A stretch of 64,000 bases of DNA from Candidatus Omnitrophota bacterium (lineage in GTDB: Bacteria; Omnitrophota; Omnitrophia; Omnitrophales; Aquincolibacteriaceae): NCBI GenBank assembly GCA_022709525.1, contig JAKLIQ010000002.1:64984-128983 (forward strand), written 5' to 3'. Below the pieces are notes generated by a model that was not told the DNA's origin, made no database searches, and saw only the letters and a list, made by a program, of their open reading frames with translations. Position numbers and translations under genes: made by a program. Positions 57,460 to 64,000 of the stretch are shown piece by piece. The number at the start of each line of letters is the position of its first letter. The stretch's first letter is position 1.

Positions 57460-59010
57460 TCATGACGCCTTCTCGTCAAGGCGCGGAAAAAGCGGCTCCC
57501 CTTTTTCGATCACGGTCCCGGAAACCACAAACGGTTTTGAGAAATCTTCGGGCTTCTGGATCATCCATTCGGTTTTTAATTTGAGCCGTTTTAGGATCTT
57601 TGCGGACGATTCCGGAAGGAACGGCAGAAGCAACACGGCCGTATGCGCCAAGTGTTCGCCCAAGACCCAAAGAGTCTGGAGAAGGATATCCCGCTTGGAC
57701 GGATCCTTGGCGAGTTTCCACGGCTGCTGTTTTTCGATGAGCTGATTTGAGAAAACGATCACAGAGCTCCAGATATCCGCCAGAGCCGCCCTCGGGTCAT
57801 AATCGAGCATGCGCCCGGACACCCGGTGCCATAAACCCGCGTAGAATTCTTCATGATAAAGATCAGGCCCGACCTTTTGGGGATCCACCTGAGGGATCTT
57901 CCCCTCGCAATATTTTTCCAGCATCGAAGCGAACCGGTGCCAGAGATTACCCAGTTTGTCGGCCAGATCGCTCGAATACCGCTCCGCGAGAAGGTCTTCC
58001 GAATAGGTGCCGTCGAGGCCCAGCGTGACTTCATTCAAAAGAAAATACCGGAGTGTATCGCTTCCGTATTTCTGAACGATCCCGGCCGGATCGACGACAT
58101 TCCCCGCGGATTTGGACATTTTGGCTTCGCCGATCTTCCACCAGCCGTGCGCAAAAACAAGCTTCGGCATCTCGACGCCCATCGCCATGAGCATGATCGG
58201 CCAGAAGATCGCATGCTGGCGGAGAATGTCTTTTCCAACCAGGTGAAGATCCGCCGGCCAAAGGGATCTGAACTTTTTATCGTCGAGAAGATAGCCGGCC
58301 CCGCTCAAATAATTTAAAAGCGCGTCGAACCAGACATAGACCACATGATCTTTCGAACCCGGATATTCGATTCCCCATGTAAGCCGTGCCTTGGGTCGCG
58401 TGATGCAAAGGTCCTCAAGCGGTTCTTTCAGGAATCCCAACACCTCGTTCTTACGGTAATCCGGCCGGATGAAATCGGGGTGCTTCTGGATATATTGAAT
58501 GAGATCATTCTGGTACTTGGAGAGCTTGAAAAAATAGTTTTCTTCTTCAAGACGGTCGACGCCGCGGCTGCAGTCAGGGCATTTGCCGTCCTTAAGCTGC
58601 AACTCCGTCCAGAAAGATTCGCACGGTGTGCAATACCATCCGTGATATTTTGCCTTGTAAATATCGCCTTTTTTCTCGAGATCGGCCAAAACTTTCTGGA
58701 CGACTTTTTTATGATCGGAGTCTGTCGTGCGGATGAAATAATCGTACTGGATCCCGAGGATCCGCCAAAGCTCTTTGAATTGCGGGACGATCTCGTCGAC
58801 AAAAGCCTTCGGGTCCTTACCCTGCTCAAGCGCGGCTTTCTGCACCTTGATCCCGTGCTCATCCGTTCCGGTGATATAAAAAACCTTCTCACCGATCATG
58901 CGGTGAAAACGCGAGAATGTATCACAGAGAATGCTCGTGTAGGCGTGCCCGATATGAGGCTTCCCGTTCACATAATAGATCGGTGTGGTCAGGTAATAGG
59001 TCTTGGTCAT
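57460..59010 (-). CDS. metG: Methionine--tRNA ligase
   Basis: 516 aa; HIGH (PHIGHAYT), KMSKS, Zn-knuckle CPDCS. Confidence 0.95.
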   Translation of the reverse strand: MTKTYYLTTPIYYVNGKPHIGHAYTSILCDTFSRFHRMIGEKVFYITGTDEHGIKVQKAALEQGKDPKAFVDEIVPQFKELWRILGIQYDYFIRTTDSDHKKVVQKVLADLEKKGDIYKAKYHGWYCTPCESFWTELQLKDGKCPDCSRGVDRLEEENYFFKLSKYQNDLIQYIQKHPDFIRPDYRKNEVLGFLKEPLEDLCITRPKARLTWGIEYPGSKDHVVYVWFDALLNYLSGAGYLLDDKKFRSLWPADLHLVGKDILRQHAIFWPIMLMAMGVEMPKLVFAHGWWKIGEAKMSKSAGNVVDPAGIVQKYGSDTLRYFLLNEVTLGLDGTYSEDLLAERYSSDLADKLGNLWHRFASMLEKYCEGKIPQVDPQKVGPDLYHEEFYAGLWHRVSGRMLDYDPRAALADIWSSVIVFSNQLIEKQQPWKLAKDPSKRDILLQTLWVLGEHLAHTAVLLLPFLPESSAKILKRLKLKTEWMIQKPEDFSKPFVVSGTVIEKGEPLFPRLDEKAS

Positions 59011-59879
59011 AAAGAGACCGCTTTCTGGGACGGAAAAAGATGCGAGAGTCTTATAGCCAGGCGGGTCGCCATCAATTTTTGGTTCACATTCATATCCAGC
59101 GCCGCTTTGGAATCATAAAGAAGGTCCATGGCCTCGATCCAGCGATTCACAATGTCCGCATCCGTTCCGGCGCCGGAAACCAGATGGTAGATCTTTTCCC
59201 GGCAAACAAGCATGAAGTGGTCCAATTTTTGTTTGACCTCATCGCGCGGCATCGTCGGGAACGAGGCGAAGATCTCGCGGACCGGAAGCGCTTCAAGCGA
59301 CGCGGCGCCCGACGGCGCAGACGGCGGAACCATCGGCATGAGCCGGATCTCAAAAGACCGCGACTGGATCGTTTCGAGAAGATTATTTTTATTCTCCACC
59401 AGAAGACAGAAAACGGTATTCTTGGGCGGTTCTTCGAGCGTTTTCAGGAAAGCGTTCGCCGCTTCTTCCGTAAGACGCTCGGCTCTCGGCACGATACAAA
59501 CCTTCCAGGACCCTTCGAACGGTTTCATAAAAGCCCACTGGATCACTTCCCGGACCGCCTCGATCTTGATCGAACGCGCAGTAAGGTCTTCGCCCAGCCA
59601 GCGGACGTCCGGATAAGTTCGCTTCCACATCCGCTCCAAAAGCGCGGCGTTCTTGACGCGAAAAAGTTCGGGATCTTTTGCTTCAAGCGCGTACGCGAAC
59701 GCAACGGCGAATTCCTCTTTGATATCTTTACTGTTCCGTTCGCCGCCCATTTCGGCCATTTCGCCCTCATCGCCGCGGCCGCTAAAAATATAAGAAGACG
59801 CGACGCGCCCTTCGCGGATGTGGGAAGCGAGAATGCGCGCACCTAATTTTTGGGTGTTATTTGCCAAAAACACGTTCAA
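59007..59879 (-). CDS. holB: DNA polymerase III subunit delta' (HolB-like AAA+)
   Basis: 290 aa; position between tmk and metG as in many genomes; AAA+ sensor region (EAANAFLKTLEEPP, FCLLVENKNNLLETIQSRS). Confidence 0.75.
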   Translation of the reverse strand: MNVFLANNTQKLGARILASHIREGRVASSYIFSGRGDEGEMAEMGGERNSKDIKEEFAVAFAYALEAKDPELFRVKNAALLERMWKRTYPDVRWLGEDLTARSIKIEAVREVIQWAFMKPFEGSWKVCIVPRAERLTEEAANAFLKTLEEPPKNTVFCLLVENKNNLLETIQSRSFEIRLMPMVPPSAPSGAASLEALPVREIFASFPTMPRDEVKQKLDHFMLVCREKIYHLVSGAGTDADIVNRWIEAMDLLYDSKAALDMNVNQKLMATRLAIRLSHLFPSQKAVSL

Positions 59880-60477
59880 GCCTTTCCCGGACTTTCCGGC
59901 TGACCGACTCCAGAGGTTTGCCGGTATCCAACACGACCATCCGGCGCGGGTTTTTCTTCGCCAGCGCTAAAAATCCGCGGCGGACCCTGTGATGGAAACT
60001 CAAAGCTTCACGTTCGATCCGGTCATGACGGCCGCCTCGCGCGAGCCCCTTGGTGATATCCACATCCAGTACAAAGGTCAGGTCCGGTTTCAGATCGCCT
60101 CGCACTAAACGGCCTATCCTTTCGATCGCTTCAAGGGGGATCCCGCGCCCGAACCCCTGATAGGCCCGCGTAGAATCCTCAAAACGGTCGCAGATCACGA
60201 CTTTGCCTTTTTTAAGCGCGGGCAGGATCTTTTCCCGGACGATCTGCGCACGCGCCGCGCAGTAAAGAAGGAGTTCCGTCACGGGATCCATTTCTTTCAG
60301 CTTCTTATCAAGAAGAATGGCGCGAATATGCTCGCTGATGCGGGTTCCGCCCGGCTCGCGGAGCATCAGAACCGAGCGACCTTTCTTCTTTAGAAAAGTG
60401 ACGGCGTTCTTGATCTGCGTACTCTTCCCGCTCCCTTCCGCACCTTCAAATGTGATGAAAAATCCATTTTTTCTCAT
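59857..60477 (-). CDS. tmk: Thymidylate kinase
   Basis: ORF to 60552; probable start MRKNGFFITFEGAEGSGKST at ~60477, abutting cysS stop; P-loop and DRxE LID. Confidence 0.9.
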   Translation of the reverse strand: MRKNGFFITFEGAEGSGKSTQIKNAVTFLKKKGRSVLMLREPGGTRISEHIRAILLDKKLKEMDPVTELLLYCAARAQIVREKILPALKKGKVVICDRFEDSTRAYQGFGRGIPLEAIERIGRLVRGDLKPDLTFVLDVDITKGLARGGRHDRIEREALSFHHRVRRGFLALAKKNPRRMVVLDTGKPLESVSRKVRERLERVFGK

Positions 60478-61895
60478 TTTTTGGTGTCCCATGCCCTGCG
60501 GATCTTTTTGACGGTCGAGGGTTCGCCCGGCCGACCATCTTTGACGACCCAACCAAGCTCCTTGATCTGCTGGCGCATCTTGTCAGAAAAGGAAAAATCG
60601 CGCGCCTTTCTCGCTTCGGCATATTGACCTAAGGATTCTTTGACGCCGGGCGGAATGGCGTCAATGGATGTGATATCCAGACCAAAAAGTTCGTCCGCCT
60701 TTTTGAAAAATGAAAGAGCGTCTTTTAGTTCTTTTTCATTCATTTGATCAAGCGCTGTATTGATCTTTGTCACCCCGCCGATGAATTCCGAAAGGCTTGC
60801 GGCGATGTTCAGATCGTCTTCAAGATGTTTGACTACCGCTTCAAGGACAGCTTTCAAACCCGCGCCATGCGCCATTTTTTTTGAAGCGCTGACGCCGAGA
60901 ACAGAACGGCTCAGGCACTGGAAGTAACAGTTATCCAGTTTCTCGATCACTTCGCGGGCTTCTTTGAGGCCTTCGAAAGTAAAATTCAGCTGATGGCGGT
61001 AATGGACCGCGAGAAGCGCGTAGCGGATCGCCATCGGGTCATAGCCTTTTTCCAGAAGATCGCGAAGCGTGAAAAAATTCCCCTTGGATTTTGACATTTT
61101 TTCGCCGTTCACAAGCAAGTGCTTCGCGTGAAGCCAGAAACGTACGAAAGGTTTCCCCGTCGCGGCCTCGGATTGCGCGATCTCATTTTCATGATGCGGG
61201 AACACGAGGTCCTCGCCGCCCGCGTGAATATCGACTGTTTCCCCAAGATGGCGCATACACATGGCCGAGCACTCGATATGCCAGCCCGGACGGCCCTTGC
61301 CCCACGGCGAATCCCAGGACGGCTCATCCTCTTTGGCTTTTTTCCAAAGAACGAAGTCCGCGCCCGTTTCCTTTTCATATTCGTCCACATCGACGCGCGC
61401 GCCTTCGATATTCCCTTCGAGTTTTTTCTTGGAGAGCTTGCCGTAGGCGGGAAACGCGGCGACGCGGTAATAAACAGAACCGTCGGCTTCATAAGCGATA
61501 CCTTTGGCGATAAGCTTCCGGATCATCTCGATCATGTCCAGGATGGAATCGGTAGCGCGGGGCTGGATCTTAGGCGGAAGCAGGTTGAGCGTCTTCATAT
61601 CTTCAAGGAACGCTTGGGTATAGAATTCCGTATACTGCGAAAGCGTCTTTTTTTCACGGTTTGCGCCGGCGATCGTCTTATCATCCACGTCGGTGATGTT
61701 CATGACATGTTTGACTTTGAATCCCCGGCACTCTAAAAACCGGCGAAGGAGATCTTCAAAAACAAAAGTCCTGAAATTGCCGATATGGGCGTAGTGATAG
61801 ACCGTCGGCCCGCAGGTGTAAAGCGTGACCTCTCCGCTTTTGAGCGGCTTGAATTCCTCGAGCTGGTTTGAGAGCGTGTTATGAAAACGGATCAT
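60474..61895 (-). CDS. cysS: Cysteine--tRNA ligase
   Basis: 473 aa; HIGN (YHYAHIGNFR), KMSKS, Zn-binding Cys pattern. Confidence 0.95.
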   Translation of the reverse strand: MIRFHNTLSNQLEEFKPLKSGEVTLYTCGPTVYHYAHIGNFRTFVFEDLLRRFLECRGFKVKHVMNITDVDDKTIAGANREKKTLSQYTEFYTQAFLEDMKTLNLLPPKIQPRATDSILDMIEMIRKLIAKGIAYEADGSVYYRVAAFPAYGKLSKKKLEGNIEGARVDVDEYEKETGADFVLWKKAKEDEPSWDSPWGKGRPGWHIECSAMCMRHLGETVDIHAGGEDLVFPHHENEIAQSEAATGKPFVRFWLHAKHLLVNGEKMSKSKGNFFTLRDLLEKGYDPMAIRYALLAVHYRHQLNFTFEGLKEAREVIEKLDNCYFQCLSRSVLGVSASKKMAHGAGLKAVLEAVVKHLEDDLNIAASLSEFIGGVTKINTALDQMNEKELKDALSFFKKADELFGLDITSIDAIPPGVKESLGQYAEARKARDFSFSDKMRQQIKELGWVVKDGRPGEPSTVKKIRRAWDTKK

Positions 61896-63187
61896 AGAGC
61901 CACTTTTTTCATGCTAACAACGGCTTCGCAGGTCACAGCAAGACCCTCACCCTCCGGGCCGAGACCTTCCCGCGTCCGGGCTTTGATCGAAACATCTTTT
62001 TCCGGAAGCCCGAGACATTTTGCAACGTTTGCGCGGATCCTGGGCTTGTGTGTGTAAAGCTTGGGCGTTTCCAGAATAATATTTGTATCCACGTGGTAAG
62101 GTTTCCATCCCCGGCGCTTCGCCTCATCAAGAACCGTCCGCAGGATCTTGGTGCTGCGGATATTCTTGAACTTCGGGTCGCGGTCCGAGAACCATTCCCC
62201 GATATCGCCCGCCCCGATCGCGCCGAGAATCGCATCCGCGATCGCGTGCAAAAGCGCATCCCCGTCCGAATGGCCGAGCGCGCCCTTCGGCGACGGAATC
62301 ACGATCCCGCCAAGATAGAATTTCCGGCCTTTCACCAGCCGGTGAGTATCAAATCCGATCCCGAAACGAAGAGCGGGACTCGCCCCTCGCCCCTCGCCCC
62401 TCGCTTTGTAACCTTCGAGTCCCGAGTCTCGAGTCCCGAGCCCCAGGTGTGTATTCTCCCGACAAAGCACCGCTTCCGCTAAAGCAAGATCTGTTGCGGT
62501 CGTCAGTTTGGGATTCCATCCGTTGTGGGCTACGACCCGGACGCGAGCGCCGACCGCTTCCAGCAAGCCGGCTTCATCGGTGGCTTCAAGCGCCTTCGGA
62601 TTCTGCTTGTAAGCCTTAAGAAGCACTTCGCGGCGGACCAATTGCGGCGTTTCGGCCTCATAAAGCGGCTCCCGGTCCACCGTCTCAAGAATATGACCAT
62701 TCCCGGCCATGACTTTTTTGATCGTCGGCACGACTTTACGCGCCAGGATCACTCCATCCCAATCCTTGGCGGCTTTTAAGACCTGCTTGATAGAATCGAA
62801 AGTGACCAACGGCCGCGCGCCATCATGCACCATGATCCAATCGGAAGCCGGTGAAGTTTTTTTCAGCGCGTTCAGAACGGAGCCGGCTCGCGTCTTTCCG
62901 CCGAGTATCCAGCGCACGCCGGGATTTTTGATCTCGGCAGCCCATTTTTTTAATTCAGGACGCATGGCAGGAGTGATCGCGATAACAGTCTCGCGGATCT
63001 CCGGAACTTTACTAAAAGCCCGAAGCGTCTTAAGAAGGACAGGTTCCCCGTCCAGCTCATAAGAAAGTTTGGAACGGCTCGCCTGCTTGTTAAGACAGCG
63101 CAAAGCTTCCGCCTTGTCGGAATTTTTGAGGCTTTGCTGAAAACGGCTACCAAGCCCGGCGGCGGGAATAATGAGGGAGACCCGCAT
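61892..63187 (-). CDS. ispDF: Bifunctional 2-C-methyl-D-erythritol 4-phosphate cytidylyltransferase / 2-C-methyl-D-erythritol 2,4-cyclodiphosphate synthase
   Basis: 431 aa; N-terminal IspD (IIPAAGLGSRF) fused via a low-complexity linker to IspF (GHSDGDALLHAIADAILGA). Confidence 0.9.
   Translation of the reverse strand: MRVSLIIPAAGLGSRFQQSLKNSDKAEALRCLNKQASRSKLSYELDGEPVLLKTLRAFSKVPEIRETVIAITPAMRPELKKWAAEIKNPGVRWILGGKTRAGSVLNALKKTSPASDWIMVHDGARPLVTFDSIKQVLKAAKDWDGVILARKVVPTIKKVMAGNGHILETVDREPLYEAETPQLVRREVLLKAYKQNPKALEATDEAGLLEAVGARVRVVAHNGWNPKLTTATDLALAEAVLCRENTHLGLGTRDSGLEGYKARGEGRGASPALRFGIGFDTHRLVKGRKFYLGGIVIPSPKGALGHSDGDALLHAIADAILGAIGAGDIGEWFSDRDPKFKNIRSTKILRTVLDEAKRRGWKPYHVDTNIILETPKLYTHKPRIRANVAKCLGLPEKDVSIKARTREGLGPEGEGLAVTCEAVVSMKKVAL
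62371..62445. repeat. Repetitive/inverted-repeat DNA encoding the IspD-IspF linker: (CCCCTCG)x3 flanked by GCGGGACTCG and two CGAGTCCCG copies
   Basis: three tandem 7-mers and a 9-10 bp inverted repeat pair; in frame, translating to GLGTRDSGLEGYKARGEGRGASPALR. Confidence 0.8.
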
Positions 63188-63192
63188 TCACG

Positions 63193-64000
63193 CTACCTCC
63201 CTCCCTCTTGACCTTGGGAGTTTTGTGGATTCTGAAAAGCCTGATGCTGCGGCGGATGATGACGATCTTGGCGATCGTGGCCGTTACGGGGACGCCGCTG
63301 ATCGTTCCCGTGGCGGTCCCGGTTTTCGCGCCAACGGTCCCCGCCGCGATCTCCATGATGGCCGTTATCGTCGGAAAGCTTCGCGAAGATCATGCGGCCT
63401 GCCTGCGTTTGAAGCACGCTTGTGATCGTGACTTTGACGGTATGCCCCAAACGGCGCTTGCCGTTGTCCACCACGACCATGGTGCCGTCATCGAGATAGG
63501 CGACGCCCTGCTCGTGCTCCTTGCCTTCCTTGAGGATCTTGATCTCCATTTCCTCTCCCGGCATCACGACGGGTTTTAAGGCGTTCGCGAGATCATTGAT
63601 ATTGAGGACCTTGACGCCCTGGAGTTCGGCGACCTTGTTCAGATTGTAATCGTTCGTGAAGACCTTCGCTTGAAGCACCTGCCCCATTTTGACAAGTTTG
63701 GCGTCAACCGTATTGAACTCCGGAAAATCCAGTTCGTGGATCTTGACCGTAATATTCGGATTTGACTGGATGGCATTCAGCACATCAAGGCCTCGGCGGC
63801 CCCGGTTGCGCTTCAAGGGATCGGAGGAATCCGCGATGAGCTGCAATTCCTTCAGGACAAAACGCGGGAGGATCAATTTACTTGAAAGGAAATGGGTGTT
63901 GGCGATATCCGCGATACGGCCGTCGATAATGACGCTTGTATCAAGAAGGATCATCTCCTCGGATGGCCCCTTGGAATCCAAATGAACGAACGGGATCATA
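63193..64000 (-). CDS. yacL: PIN/TRAM domain protein (YacL-like), probably 5'-truncated by the window edge; low-complexity RG/H/D-rich C-terminal tail
   Basis: PIN ([13 protein letters not shown]) then TRAM-like ([23 protein letters not shown]); YacL normally has N-terminal TMs, which would lie past 64000; conserved yacL-ispD synteny. Confidence 0.7.
   Translation of the reverse strand, partial: MIPFVHLDSKGPSEEMILLDTSVIIDGRIADIANTHFLSSKLILPRFVLKELQLIADSSDPLKRNRGRRGLDVLNAIQSNPNITVKIHELDFPEFNTVDAKLVKMGQVLQAKVFTNDYNLNKVAELQGVKVLNINDLANALKPVVMPGEEMEIKILKEGKEHEQGVAYLDDGTMVVVDNGKRRLGHTVKVTITSVLQTQAGRMIFAKLSDDNGHHGDRGGDRWRENRDRHGNDQRRPRNGHDRQDRHHPPQHQAFQNPQNSQGQEGGR

Overview
This 64 kb window is core chromosome of a bacterium with roughly 57-60% GC. 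No tRNA, rRNA, CRISPR array, transposase or integrase was recognised. About 68 of 69 supportable genes are on the minus strand, in tight, often overlapping operons.

Starting from the high-coordinate end of the window (i.e. in minus-strand transcription order):
- yacL-like PIN/TRAM gene, then ispDF-cysS-tmk-holB-metG-tatD-CPBP protease-mtnA-thiL-tsaE.
- A lower-GC ORF6N gene, radC, and the single plus-strand gene (HAD hydrolase).
- MFS/BT1 transporter, 3D-domain protein, single-domain REC, CDF transporter, OmpR-type response regulator, histidine kinase, a hypothetical and ptsN.
- A long operon: PF01637-like ATPase, HIT, GAF/HD-GYP, small membrane protein, OmpA-like, DUF membrane protein, then the cell-wall/division genes murE-murF-mraY-murD-ftsW-murG-murC-ddl-ftsQ-ftsA.
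- The glycine cleavage operon gcvT-gcvH-gcvPA-gcvPB with an adjacent lipoate-ligase-like gene.
- uvrD/pcrA, plsC, an EEP-family protein, M48 peptidase, a TPR/peptidase-MA lipoprotein, a ParB-like protein, batD-batE, trpB-trpA, ruvX, M16 peptidase, rpe, lepA, lepB.
- Two SPOR-domain proteins, a Lys/Ala-rich histone-H1-like protein, a GNAT, and a PilZ-YajQ-PilZ trio.

The features most worth a second look are:
- The cell-wall/division cluster stops at ftsA with no ftsZ, and has no ftsI, ftsL, mraZ or rsmH ahead of murE.
- A GAF-GAF-HD-GYP protein whose metal-binding HD/K residues look degenerate.
- Three predicted cyclic-di-GMP effectors (PilZ, YajQ, PilZ) sit side by side.
- An ORF6N-family gene of lower GC carries a 25 bp perfect palindrome inside its coding sequence.
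- A hairpin-rich intergenic block with repeated short motifs.
- A repetitive, inverted-repeat DNA segment encodes the IspD-IspF linker.
- Phased ATTAAA repeats lie upstream of the ptsN-region operon.

All calls were made by eye from the six-frame ORF track; no homology search was run.
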